From contig OX597832.1 of the NCBI GenBank assembly GCA_951406725.2, forward strand, positions 46,748,001-46,812,000: DNA of 64,000 nt. Direction: 5' to 3'. Positions 1 to 14,110 of this stretch are shown here, one piece after another. Source of the stretch: Octopus vulgaris (taxonomy: Eukaryota). The translations under genes and the position numbers were made by a program. The notes beneath the pieces are model-generated. The model saw only the letters and a list, made by a program, of their open reading frames with translations, was not told where the DNA came from and ran no database searches. The number at the start of each line of letters is the position of its first letter. The first letter of the stretch is position 1.

Positions 1-559
1 GGTGGTTAAGCTGTTTGATTAACAATGGTCTTTTAACGTTCAAAATAATATATAATTATCATTATTGATTGATTTCTTTATCTTGTTTACTTTGTTTTTG
101 GTGGGGTGGATATTTTAAACAGAGTAGAAAAAAAAGATATATATATATATAACTTAATGCGTACGGGAGAAGGTTTATTTCCTAAGTAGCAGACGAACGA
201 AGTTTGCATGTTACGTACACACGTACACACTAACATCTGTAACCTGCTTCGAACTAACACGTGCTTGCACACAGAACACAAACATATGTGAACTACACTA
301 ATATATATATAACACAATCGCGTACAGGCACATACATATAGATACAGTGATACACACACACACACACATACATACATACATACATACACACACACGTACG
401 TACGCCTGTGCACTCACAGAAGCATACAAATGCACGAATATTCATATATATTTCACATATACACAAATATGAATACGATACCGCACGCAAAAATTTAACA
501 TACAGAGGAATTACACATGTCGAATTAAATACATAAGGTAATATATATGTATATATATA

Positions 560-942
560 GGCGCAGGAGTGACTGTGCGGTAAGTAGCTTGCTAACCAAC
601 CACATGGTTCCGGGTTCAGTCCCACTGCGTGGCATCTTGGGCAAATGTCTTCTGCTATAGCCCCGGGCCGGCCAATGCCTTGTGAGTGGATTTGGTAGAC
701 GGAAACTGAAAGAAGCCCGTCGTATATATGTATATATATATATGCGTGTGTGTGTTTGTGTGTCTGTATTTGTCCCCCTAGCATTGCTTGACAATCGATG
801 CTGGTGTGTTTATGTCCCCGTTACTTAGCGGTTCGGCAGAAGAGACCGATAGAATAAGTACTGGGCTTATAAAAAGATTAAGTCCCGATTAAAGGCGGTG
901 CTCCAGCATGGCCGCAGTCAAATGACTGAAACAAGTAAAAGA
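560..942 (+). mobile_element. SINE-A, full length (tRNA-derived head, internal (TA)n(TG)n, tail ...gactgaaacaagtaaaagag)
   Basis: A-box-like tggctgtgtggtaag and B-box-like ggttcagtccc; over 20 homologous copies in the window. Confidence 0.9.
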
Positions 943-947
943 GTATA

Positions 948-987
<40 letters not shown>

Positions 988-1206
988 CACGCACACATAT
1001 GTACGTACCTACACATGTATGTATATGTATATAAATCAGTGAATATTAGAGGAACTTACACATCGCAGCGTACACACGCACAGGCAAACGCTATTATGAA
1101 AGATAGTCGTACGTATATAAGTGTGTATGAATCTTTAGGCAAACTTACACCCACATACAGGCACACGCATACACAGAAGCACGAATAAATATACAAGCGG
1201 ACGAAT

Positions 1207-1243
<37 letters not shown>

Positions 1244-2159
1244 TACGCACATGCACACACACGCCTACGGATGTATGTTTGAAAACGCACAAGAGCACCA
1301 CAATCCTACCTGCAAACATGCATTCGACTCACCTTCGCAAATAATGTACGCGCGATGGACGTAGAAATATAGACGCACGCGTGCACTGCTCCCATACGTA
1401 CAGAGCTATGATCGATGCAAGCTTATACACATAGATATACAATATAAAATATACAGAAACGAACACACACACACACACATACAGAGTCACAGAGTCAAAT
1501 ACAGAGAGTCGTAGAGTCACACACTCGCATGTGCTCTCGCGTACATGTATATTCCCGTAACGTACCGGCAGTGTTTAGAAGTTGGAATAGCTTATACCAG
1601 GACATCGGCGTATTTCTGTATAACCACCAAGAGGAACAATCAGCTGTAGAATGGTACCATCGTTACATTAACACCACCAACAGCGACAGCAGTAACAATT
1701 ACAGCAACATTAATAACAATAATAATAATAATACCACGACTAATAATATATATATATGTATGTATATATATACATATACATATATATATAATAATGATAC
1801 GAAGAATAAATATCAAAGATGGTCATACCGATAGTATAGGAAAGGATTGATTGCCTCAGTTGAAGGTGCCGCACGATTTTTTTTTACATCAAAATTTTTC
1901 ACAAAGTGCCGCGGTTGTACCTGAAATATTGACAGTTTTCGTCAGGAGTTACGGAGTATTGCAAAAAAAAAAAAAAAGGAAATCGAACGGAAAAAGAAGG
2001 GGTTCACCTGTGTGAATGTATATATGTGTGTGCCAGTGTGTGTGTGTTGTGTGTTGATATGTAAGTGAATGTGTGGTTGGTAGTGTGATTGTGTGTGTGC
2101 TAGAGTTTCGTGTATGTGTGTTTGTGTTTGTTTTTGTGTGTGTGTGTGTGTGTGGTAGT

Positions 2160-3657
2160 ACGTGTGAATGAAGAGCAGCGTACTACAGCGGTTCGCCAGT
2201 TGAACGTGAATAAACACGCACCGTCGGATATCAATTATAAGGAGAGAAGTGGGTAGAGATAGAGAGAGAGAGACAGACAGACAGAGACAGAGAGAGTGAG
2301 AGACATACAGACACAGAGAGACAGAGGGGGGAGAGATAGACAGTGAGAGAGAAATTGAGGGTAGTGAGAGATAGTGCGTGCGAGTGAGTGATAGGTAGAG
2401 AGATAGAAACAAAGAGAGTGTATACGTGTGTGTGTGTGTATGTGTGTGTGTGTGTGTGTTATTGAGTGTGAGTGAGACCGTGAGTGCGTTTATTCAGTGA
2501 GACTGTATTCGTGTGTGTGTCTGTGTGACTTTTTTCTTTTCCTTCTTCTTCCTGTAGTTTAGCGTTTGTTGTAGTTGTTATCGTTGTTGTTGTTGTCGCT
2601 GTTGTTGTTGTTATTATTATTATTATTATTTTTTGGTTGGTATGTGTTGTTGTATGGAGAAGAAGAAGACTTCACTTTAAAACCGTTCTGGGAGATTTTA
2701 TTCGTAACAGGAGAGAAGGACGGAGCTTACACACAACTCCGAGGTTTTTGCAATACATTTTAATTTTTTTTTTTTTTTCGTCGTCGTCCCTTCAACTTAC
2801 TTCTTCCTAGGATAAACTTTTTTTTGGTTGGAAAACGCACACACACATACACACACTCACACACACACTCACACACAAACACACAAACACATACACACAC
2901 AAACACACACATACAGACAAAAAAACACACATATGCCTTCACAATTGCTTTATTGAAAATTATTTCTGTTTTGTTTTCGTCGTAGCCTATTACCATTAAA
3001 ACAACAACAACAACAACAACAGCAGCAAGCGAAAGATATATATATATATATATATACATACCCACACGCATATATATACATACATACATACATACATATA
3101 TATCAGAAATAATATTTTTTATTATTGTTGATTATTATTGTTATTATTATTATTATTATTATTATTGATATTATCGTTGTTATTTCTTCATTGTTATTCT
3201 AATCGTTGTGATTATTATATCTCATCATTATTTTACTAATTACCATTAGTAATAATACCAATAATAAATAACAACAATAATTAATAGTAATAATTAAAGT
3301 TAATAATATTAAAGACTATATTTTCACGTATAAGCTGACATACACACACATTAATACGAATACACCTATTCTTACAGATATATATATATATATATATACA
3401 TACATACATATATGTATATGTTTATATATTAGATCATATACATATATATATATATATATATATGAGTGTGTGTGTATGCACAGGCGCACACTCGCACGTA
3501 CACATAGCACCCACATATTACAAGCACACATATAATCACCATCATCATCATCATCTTCATCATTTTCATCATCATCACGCTTTTTCTATTTCACAATAAT
3601 TTTTTTAAAAAAAAGAAGGAAAAGGGAAAAATCGCTTTAAACAACACCCTCAAAATC
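2160..3657 (+). promoter_or_regulatory. Possible TSS region and microsatellite-rich 5' UTR upstream of the putative first coding exon
   Basis: SINE-free stretch with CpG-containing unique islands (2161-2240, 2640-2830); no obvious splice acceptor just upstream of the ATG. Inference only. Confidence 0.25.
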
Positions 3658-3730
3658 ATGTACCAACTTCATTCACTGGTATTACTCACGCTACAAATGG
3701 TGTTATTACCTGTAAATTTCGGAAAAACAG
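3658..3730 (+). CDS. Putative first coding exon of a secreted or membrane protein (signal peptide MYQLHSLVLLTLQMVLLPVNFGKT + phase-1 intron)
   Basis: ATG in aaaatcATG context (A at -3); 24 codons with hydrophobic core LVLLTLQMVLLPV; consensus donor CAG|GTAAGA at 3730/3731; non-repetitive sequence. No downstream exon confidently found. Confidence 0.6.
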
Positions 3731-3911
3731 GTAAGACAAATATAGTTTTTCTTCTCTTTTTTCTATTCTTCTCTATGTTATAATGATCATTATTATTTTT
3801 ACACGTTTTCTTTTGAAGGCCTGTTCTTGATGGAGTGACACAACAAACGTATAACTATCTTTACTCACACACACACGTTTACTTAAAACCCGTCCACACA
3901 CACATACACAC

Positions 3912-3976
<65 letters not shown>

Positions 3977-4477
3977 CATCTGTGTGTGAGTGTATTTACG
4001 TATGCAGATTCGTACTAACGCGTGTACATGTCTATATAGGTATGTTCGCTGGTGCGGCCGTATGAATTGGCATCGTGTTCGATTAGTTCGGTTCGATCCT
4101 GCAGCGCAACACCTGATTTATTTATTGAGTTTTTTTTTTTTTTGTAATATTTTCTTATTATTATTATTGACTATAGTCAGAGATTGAGTAAATTCTATGT
4201 GAGAGTTTAGATTGACTGGGAACCATACGGGAAAATTGCATGTGTTCACACACACACACACACACACCTATACGACTGTCTGTCTATATACCTATAGGAG
4301 TGTCTGCATGTGTAAATGTGTGTGTGTATATATATACACATACATATATATAGATATATATATATATATACACACACATATATATATACACATACATATA
4401 TATATAAACACATATATATACATACACGTCTGTGTATGTATATATGTATATGTTTATATAGGGATATATAGAAACAA

Positions 4478-4553
<76 letters not shown>

Positions 4554-4783
4554 TCAGATAGATAGACAAATCCGTGTGACTTAAAGATAGTAAGGGAAGT
4601 ACTGTCTACTCAATACACCCGGGAGAAATGTGCATAATATTTATATGAGAAAGTCAGGAAAACTAAAGACCTTTTAAGTCCATATACATGCAAATACATA
4701 TATGTGTGTGTGGGCGCAAGTGTGTGTGTGTGTGGAGATATATATATATGTATATGAGTGTGTGTCCTTGTGTGTGTTGTGAA

Positions 4784-5200
4784 TGGTTATGAAGTAAGAG
4801 GTTGACTTCCCAACCATATAGTTCTGGGTTCAACCCCCACTGTATGATATCTTGGGATTGTGTCTTCTACAAAAGCTTCGTGTGAACCAAGAGTTCTGTG
4901 TCTTCACGGAAACTGAAAGAAATCCGTCGTGTGTCTGTGTGCGTGTGTATCTGTCTGTGTGTGTGTGTGTGTGTTTACATATATATATACATATATATAC
5001 AAGCATGTGTGTATCTGAGGATTGGTGGTTGTGCTTCATTGATGGCTTCATAACCGGTGTTGATTTGTTTACGTCCCTGTAACCTTAGAAGAAGTACCAG
5101 GCTTAAGGTAAAATAAAATCATTTGAGTCGTTCCGTTCAACTAAAACCCTTCAAGGCATTTTTCTCACCATGACCGCAATCCAATGAGTGATGCAGGAGA
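4784..5200 (+). mobile_element. SINE-A, old diverged copy
   Basis: Degenerate head and tail motifs (ggaaactgaaaga, ccatgaccgcaatccaatga). Confidence 0.65.
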
Positions 5201-5218
5201 AATGTAATAGAGAGATAG

Positions 5219-5276
<58 letters not shown>

Positions 5277-5321
5277 GCAGAGAGACGAACGGACGGAAAG
5301 ACAGACAGTCACAGAAGAATG

Positions 5322-5374
<53 letters not shown>

Positions 5375-5391
5375 GTAGACAGCAGATAGAT

Positions 5392-5441
<50 letters not shown>

Positions 5442-5647
5442 CAGATAGGTAGATAGATAGATACATACATACATACATACTTATATGCATATATATGTGT
5501 GTATGTATATATGTGTGTATCTACGTGTGTGTGTGTGTGTACGTATGTATATACAAATATACATGTGTAAAGAGTGCGTGTATGTAAATATATTTCTATA
5601 TGAGTGCTTGTGTGTGTGTATGTGTCTGTGAGTGTGTGTGTGTATGT

Positions 5648-5686
<39 letters not shown>

Positions 5687-6417
5687 TGGGCGGGTGAGTA
5701 GGTGCGCACACATATATACATGGGCATGCTAGTACGATTGTGGATGAGGTTATATAAAGATGCAAGTGTGTCAAAGATTTTGACTATCAAGAAAAACCGG
5801 TGCCACTTTGGAAGGCTTTACCGGCATCAGGGTAAGAACGTGTGACGTATCATTTCGACAAATGGTGAGCGCTAAAATAAGTAGCCATACAGAAGTACAT
5901 GTGATCGGCCCTTCCTAGCGGTGCTCCAGCATGACCACTGCGTATATACATCTATAACGCCGAGGCTGCATGCGAATATATATGTAGGTATATATGTGTG
6001 TGTGTATGTGTGCGTGTGTATCTGTGTCTGTGTGTCTGTGTGTGTACGTGTGTATACCCACACACATTTATACATAGATAAATTTCATCATGTTTCATCA
6101 TTCACACGTGTTTGTGTTTGTGGGCGTCTGTGTGTATGTGTGTGAGTACGCGCGCGAATGTGTATGTGTGTGTGTGTGTGTGTGTGTACATGTGTGTGTG
6201 TGTACATGTGTGTGTGTACATGTGTGTGTGTATTTCTATTTTAAACTATTTCATGTTGCTTATATGCATTTGTTGTGAGTGATCTTTGACTTGAAAATAT
6301 ACACACACACATACATACATACATACATACATACATACATACACGTACAGATATACATGTCCGAGTGTGCGTGTATGTATGTGTGTGTGCGTATACATAC
6401 CTACATACATACATACT

Positions 6418-6462
<45 letters not shown>

Positions 6463-6463
6463 T

Positions 6464-6497
<34 letters not shown>

Positions 6498-7294
6498 AAG
6501 TGTAAGAGATAGATAGATAGCTAAATAGATATGCGTCTGTGTGTATATAATATATATATACATACATACATACGCACATAATTACATACATATATAACTA
6601 CGCACACACACACGACTATACACTCACACCGACCTAACTTAATGTACCTCTTCGTACACATACATATGGTTACTATCGGTACGTAAGTCAGAATAGCGTT
6701 TCAAAAAACGAAGTCCCAAAGCAATTATTTAAAAGATCCCTTTATATAAAATCGTCTTGTTCTTGTTATTCATGATCATTAGTAGTAGTAGTAGTAGTAG
6801 TATATTTTGTTATGATAGGTCCCAGGTGTGTTGGAATTTGTAGAAACAGGGCTAGAAAGACAAAGGATAAAATGCTGAAGTCTTTTATTTATTTTCATTC
6901 TTTGAAAAAACAAAAAGAAAACGAACCGTTTTCTTGGAGGGTTAAACGAGTCTCCTGCTCGAAAAGTACATAGCAGTAATTACACAGGGGATTTTACTGT
7001 GTGGTGCATTGTAGGCTATTCGCTACTAAATTTGGCCTTGAACCTTGTGAAATGACAACAATCAATATTAGAATATCCCCTTCGACAAGAAATGAACCGG
7101 GATAATCGATAAATTATGAAAAAAAAAATGTATACATACATTCGTACATCTCATTCTCTATCTCTTTTTTCTCTCGCTTTCTCTCTATCTCTTTCTTTCC
7201 CTCTCTCTCTCTCTCTGTCTATGTCTATCTATCTATCTCTCTTTATCTGTATATACATATATATGTACGCATGTATATATGCTTGCATGTACGC

Positions 7295-7354
<60 letters not shown>

Positions 7355-7406
7355 AGAGATAGATAGATAGACAGAAAGACAGACAGACATAGAGACAGAC
7401 AGACAT

Positions 7407-7471
<65 letters not shown>

Positions 7472-7557
7472 CAGATAGATAGATAGATAGATAGATATAC
7501 ACAAGCATACATATGTATGTGTATATACATATGTCAATATATACATACATGCATACA

Positions 7558-7726
7558 TTTGACTGTGGCAATGCTGGAGCACCGCCTTAAACGGTTTTAG
7601 TCGAAGAAATCGACCCCGGGACTTATTCTTTGTAAGCCGAGTACTTGTTCTATCGGTCCATTTTGCTGAACCGCTATGCTACAGGGACATAAACATACCA
7701 GCAGCGGTTGTCAAGTGATGGCTGGT

Positions 7727-7769
<43 letters not shown>

Positions 7770-7835
7770 CACCCACACACGCACACACATAAATATGTAC
7801 ACATATATATATATCTATACAACGGGCATCTTTCG
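7558..7835 (-). mobile_element. SINE-A, 3' half
   Basis: Reverse complement of SINE-A tail (tgctggagcaccgcc...ttgtcaag). Confidence 0.8.
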
Positions 7836-8227
7836 TTTTATATATAGAACTGGTGTAGAGTTATAAACACGTGGAAAAATGTAGAAAAATTCGTGGAGGA
7901 ATAACTAAGACGTTTGTTTCACAAACTTGACGCCCTAAGCGGCAAGTAGCTTGTATCATATGCTAGGTTCTACCCAAGACATTTTATGAATATTCGCCGG
8001 ATGGATCGTACATAGCATCAATTATTGACAGAGAATTGTTTGCGTACCATAATTTCTCTCTGTGCGGATTACGTAAATATTTCACATGCTTATGTGGAAT
8101 ATTGTGTCACGTCTGCTACAGTTCAGTGAATATGGTGTTCAGCTGATTAAACTGAGAATATTCGTCATCATAATAGACTCATAATTACCCCCTATGTGTA
8201 TATGTGTGTGTGTGTGTGTTCGTATAA

Positions 8228-8673
8228 GCGCAGGCGTGGTTGTATAGTGAGAGGCTAGCTTCCGAATCACAAGGGTCCGAGTTCAGTCCCACTGCGTGGC
8301 ACCTTGGGCTAGTGTCTTCTGCTGTAGTCTCGGGTCGACCACAGCCTTGAGTGGATTTGGTAGACGGAAACCGAAAGAAGTTCATCGTATATGTGTGCGT
8401 GTGTGTGTGTGTGTGTGTCTGTGTGTGTGTGTGTGTGTGTGTCAGTGTGTGTGTCTGTGTGCGTATGTGTGTGCTCGTCCCCCCACCATGACCGCTTGAC
8501 AACTGATGGTGGTATGTCTACGTTCCCGTAACTTAGCAGTTCGGTAATCGAGTCCGATAGAATAAGTACTTGGCTTAAAAAATAAGTCCTCGAGTAGATT
8601 TGTTCGACTAGAAACCCTTTAAGGTGGTGTTCCAGCACTGCCGCAGTCAAATGACTGAAACAAGCAAAAGAAT
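8228..8673 (+). mobile_element. SINE-A, full length diverged
   Basis: Head gcgcaggcgtgg..., internal (TG)n, tail gactgaaacaagcaaaag. Confidence 0.85.
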
Positions 8674-9699
8674 ATATGAGGCGTTTAGTAAGAGTCGTAA
8701 GAGCGACCCCGGCCATTTTTGAGGTTAGTATATCATTTTCTTTGTCTCGATATCTAGAATCTGAAAAAGTTGGGAGGAAGGACCGGTGAGGCTTGCAATA
8801 AGGCCGAAAATCCGGCTGAAAAGAATTGTACCTCGACGCTATTGACATGACGCTCGCTCACCCTATCTCGGACCAGAAAGTTTAGTAACGCACCTTCATA
8901 ACCACGCTCACTCAATCAATAACTTTGGTATGTTCCCTTGTATCGTTTTTGAGGTGTTATGACTCATTCTCTAATATTCATCGTTACCGTCGTAACGATA
9001 ATGGGCTATCATCTTGTTATCTTGTCTTACTTACCTCTTAAAAATACTTACCTTGGTATATTAAAACACAAAAATACCTTTGTGGGGTCTCTATACGTTT
9101 TTCCACGGTATTATAGCTATAATATGCAATGCGATACACCGTTCTATAGTACCGGTATATTCTAAGAACGCAGTCATTGTTTCAACTTTCAGATGCATGC
9201 ATAAATAGCTAATTGTACGTAGATGCAATGGTTAGAGGAGGTCTTCACGGTCATTTTAAGACCAGAACCAGCTTGCTAACTTCATTCCTTGCTGAGATAT
9301 CGCATTCTGAAAGTCGCGAAACTCTGACTGAGTTTTTCTCGGTTTTTAAGTTGTGACGCTTACGACAGTCTGTTACTAAACGCCTCATATGTACAAAGAC
9401 ATAAGAAAAATAAATAGACACCCTTATAATCTTCAAAATTTATTCAAATCTGAAATTATACATTCAAATTACTTATCAATTGCTATAATATGACTACCTA
9501 ATATTTAGTATGCTACCTTCGATGGGCAATTCCATAAATATATGTGTATGTGTATGTGTATGTGTGAGTGTACTCTTACTCATTTACTCCTTTACTTGTT
9601 TCAGTCACTTGATTGCGACCATGCTGGAGCACCGCCTTTAGTCGAGCAAATCGACACCAGGACTTATTCTTATTGTATAAGCCTAGTACTTATTGTATT

Positions 9700-9917
9700 G
9701 GTCTCTTTTACATTTTTCAATGCAAGGACTCCAATAGGTTTGTTACTGATGAGATGACGAATATTCTCTTGCGGAATTTCTTGCCAAGTTTCATGCAGTA
9801 ATCTCAAAAGATCTGGCTTTGAGGATGCTTTTATGGCGTACCCTGTCCAATATGCCCCAGAGGTGTTCAATACGGTTCATATCTGGCCACGGAAGCTTTT
9901 TAATACCATTCTCATCT
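9700..9917 (-). pseudogene. Tc1-family DDE transposase C-terminal relic
   Basis: Minus strand reads DENGIKKLPWP-DMNRIEHLWGILDR, then after a frameshift LLRLLHETWQEIPQENIRHLIS; matches the Tc1 motif WPxxSPDLNPIEHLW...WxxIPxxxIxxLIxS with a 4-codon deletion. Confidence 0.8.
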
Positions 9918-10030
9918 TGGGGGTCGATTTGCTCGACTAAAGGCGGTGCTCCAGCATGGCGGCAGCCCCAAATGACTGAAACAAATAAAAGAATATTGTA
10001 TGAGGGTACATTGCTTAGTGGTTAGTCTAT

Positions 10031-10216
10031 TTCAACCAGGGTTCCGCCAGTACAGCCCAGGGGTTCCGCAAGAAGTTACAAAACTGCTAAAGTCGGCAGT
10101 AATTTTCAATTTTCCTGTGCAGATATGTGTGCATAAGACTATTAAATTATTGCACAGGGGTTCCCCGAGCCAGTGGAATGTTTCCTTGGGGTTCCGCTCC
10201 AGCAAAAAGTTTGAAA
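10031..10216 (+). mobile_element. hAT-type MITE, second copy with eroded ends
   Basis: Reverse-complement match to the MITE at 39556-39776. Confidence 0.8.
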
Positions 10217-10490
10217 TGCGATAGACTCTATTGCATTCACGATCGCGATCGTTACCGGGTGTTCTGCGTTGTGTTGTGTTCTTGAGCAAAACGCTCGGTG
10301 ACGTGTTGCTCTACGGTCACCTCGACACCCGTGTGATACACCGTGAACCTGTTCAACCAGCGTCGATCGTGATGGATGGGGTGAAATAGTGTACAGCCCA
10401 TGAATTTGATCACTGTAAATAAATCATTTGTGCTGGTCATTCAGTGAAATGATAACACTGATATGCTACCTTCGATGGGAAATTCCATAA

Positions 10491-10523
<33 letters not shown>

Positions 10524-10527
<4 letters not shown>

Positions 10528-10806
10528 CTTACTCTTTTACTTGTTTCAGGCATTTGACTGCGGCCATGCTGGAGTACCGCCTTTAGTCGAGCAAGTCGAC
10601 ACCAGGACTTATTCTTTGTAAGCCTAGTACTTATTCTATCGGTCTCTTTGCTGAACCGCTAGGTTACGGGGACGTAAATACACCAGCATCGCTTGTCAAG
10701 TGATGTTGGGGGAACAAACACGCACACACAAACATACACACACACATACACCCGTAACCATGTGGTTGGTAAGCAAGCTACTTACCACACAGCGACTCCT
10801 GCACCC
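10524..10806 (-). mobile_element. SINE-A, internally deleted
   Basis: Tail plus head start; central head segment missing. Confidence 0.85.
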
Positions 10807-11245
10807 ATAGGTACGTCAGCATAAGTGTGCAATTGTGTGTATATGTACTGGTACATATGTGATCCTATAGTCTACCAAAAGTTGTCAGTCCATTCAAGGT
10901 TTCCTCTTCTGGCTCTAGTGTACACGACCATGGTAAACAGCTAAGTCAAGAAATGTCAACGTTTGATATAATATAACATAGTATCCTTTCTACTCTAGGC
11001 ACATGTAGAAATGAAGGTGGGTAGTCACCTACATGGATCCCTGAGCCCAACTGGTACTAATCTTATCAACTCCCGAAAGATGGAAGTCGACGGCAGTGGA
11101 ATTTGAACTCAGAACATAAAGGCGGGCGAAATCATTTCGTTCGGCTCGCTAACATTTCATCCTTACGCCAATTCCCTCATCCTCCAACGAAAACAAAATC
11201 GCAGGTTATATCCCAAGGTTAAAAATCATTATTATTATTATTATT

Positions 11246-11647
11246 TATGGGTTTTTCTTCTTCTTTCAAATTTGCTTCCATTTCTTGCCGAGTGTCTTCC
11301 CGACTCCTAGGGCAAAGAAACTCATAGTATACATTGGTAGGCTTTTAAACTAAACTCACTAGTTCGTTCATTTTTTTTCTGTTTTTGATAGAAATAAAGT
11401 TAGATTAAAATACATGGGTGGTAATAGTTCTCACATCGACAATGCTCTTCTCAATACGTGTGATGTACCAGTTAAGACAATCTTTTGCACTTCTTGCAGG
11501 GATGGTAAGCCAGGGATCATTCTCATATAATTTTCGGTTCCCTTCTTGATCATTCCTAGTGCTCCTACGATCACTGGTATTGTAACCGCCTTGAGATGCC
11601 ACATTTTCTCAATTTCAATGAGCAGGTCTTTATATTTTCTGAGCTTG

Positions 11648-11650
<3 letters not shown>
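11246..11650 (-). mobile_element. 5'-truncated Dong/R4-like non-LTR retrotransposon (RLE endonuclease C-terminus + 3' UTR), family 1
   Basis: Open frame 11649-11431: DKLRKYKDLLIEIEKMWHLKAVTIPVIVGALGMIKK...VQKIVLTGTSHVLRRALSM*; (TAA)n on both sides. Confidence 0.85.
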
Positions 11651-12195
<545 letters not shown>

Positions 12196-12196
12196 C

Positions 12197-12224
<28 letters not shown>

Positions 12225-12227
<3 letters not shown>

Positions 12228-12440
12228 CGGTGAGCTGTTTAGAATCGTTAGCGCACTGGACGAAATGCTTAGCGGTATTAGGCCCGTTGCTACGTCGTTC
12301 TGAATTCAAATTCCGTCGAGGTCGACTTTACATTTCATCCTTTCGGGATCGATAAAATGAGTACCAGTTAAACACTGGTGGTCGATGTAATCGACTCATC
12401 TCCCACCCATTTGTGTCCTTGTGGCAAAATTTGAAACTAC

Positions 12441-12476
<36 letters not shown>

Positions 12477-13325
12477 GGCGGTGAGCTGACAGAATCGTAA
12501 GCATGCCGGACAAAATGCTTAGCGGTATTTCATTCGGTTTTCAATTTCTGAGTCCAACTTCAGCCGAGGTCGAGTTTAGCTTTCATCCTTTCGGGGTCGA
12601 TAAAATAAAGTACCAGTCGAGCACTTGGGTCGATGTAGTCGACTTAACCCCCTCACCCGAACTTTGCTGGTCTAGTGCCAAAATTTGAAACGATTATTAT
12701 TGTTATTATTATCATTACGTGAAACTGAAGACTGTGTGTTTGGAATCGTATGTTGGCATATTTCTGGCAACAACATCTGTTAATTTCCCACCAGGTTTTA
12801 GAATTCTCAGCGCAGTTGTGTCTTCCTAGTTTGAGTAAACAGATTGTTTGAATGCCAGGATACGAGAAAAACCAGGCAACGAGCGGTGGCAGTAATTTTA
12901 AATCACCCACGTGGACTGAAGGAAAAGGAATAACGAAAACTGCGTTCACCGCTTCGTTGTTATTTCGTCCGTCTTTCGTCCTTTCTGCTTCAAATTCTAC
13001 TGCGGTCAACTTTGCACTTTATTCGTTCGGAGTCGATAAAATATCTCCCAGGTTAACAACTGGGGTCAATATAATTGACTACCCCTTCCCACCCATGTGC
13101 CTATAATAGAAAGGATTACTATTGAAAGGGGCAAGTTGTAGATTCGTTAACACACCGGACAAAATGTTTAGCGGCATTTTGTCCGTCTTTACATTCTGAG
13201 TTCAAATTCCTTTGAGGTCGACTTTGCCTTTCATTTTCTCGGGGTCTCATTTAAACATTAGGATCGATGTAATCGGCTGAGTCCCAACCCCAGAATTTCT
13301 GGCCTTGTCCCTAAAAAAGAAATGA
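12225..13325 (+). mobile_element. Cluster of four diverged SINE-B-type copies separated by (TTA)n or unique spacers
   Basis: Repeated ggcggtgagctg...gagttcaaattcc...ctttcatcctttcggggtcgataaa at about 12225, 12477, 12960 and 13128. Confidence 0.8.
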
Positions 13326-13694
13326 TTATTATTAAACTGCTGTATGGTTTTGTTATTGTTTATTTTAAAATTTTTGTCTAGAAGGAAAGCGGTACACGTG
13401 ACCTTTTAGAGAGCCTACGAAGGATCGAACCACCTGGCCTAATTCCTTACAACCGATGCACATACATAGACAGAAACACATACATAGACACACGCTTACG
13501 TAGATACACACGCTGGCGTACACAGAGACACATAGACGCACGTATAAACTTACATACATACTTACATACGTACATACATACATACATACTTACCATACAT
13601 ACATAAATAGGCAAACGTGCACATACGTAGACATACAAAGACATGCACATACATATGCATCAACACACAAAATGCATACTCACATTGATGAACG

Positions 13695-13727
<33 letters not shown>

Positions 13728-13857
13728 AGACACACGCACACGCACACACATGCACACACACACGCATATAGACACATACACACACATATGCATCAACACA
13801 CAAAATGCATACTCACATTGATGAACGCACGCACACACACACACACACACATACTCT

Positions 13858-13888
<31 letters not shown>

Positions 13889-14110
13889 AAACACGCACAC
13901 ACGTCTAAAATGGTCGATCGATAAGTTCAGCCGTTGTCGTTCAACTGCTGGGAAATCAGCGAATGAATCTCCATCGATTTTTGACGATGGGCATTCTGGT
14001 GTTCGTTCGAACCACTGAATCCCGTATTCATGAAATTAAACAGACACATACGTTTAACGTAATTCGCACATCTAATCAGATTGACAGAATGTGACAAGAA
14101 TGGACAAGAG

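Noticed and set aside
293-794. Recurrent ORF peptides such as [15 protein letters not shown] and [15 protein letters not shown] across the window
   Set aside because: Antisense translations of SINE-A, not a gene family
5761-5836. Possible exon ending at G|GTAAG
   Set aside because: No acceptor pyrimidine tract, and an in-frame stop immediately upstream in the frame examined
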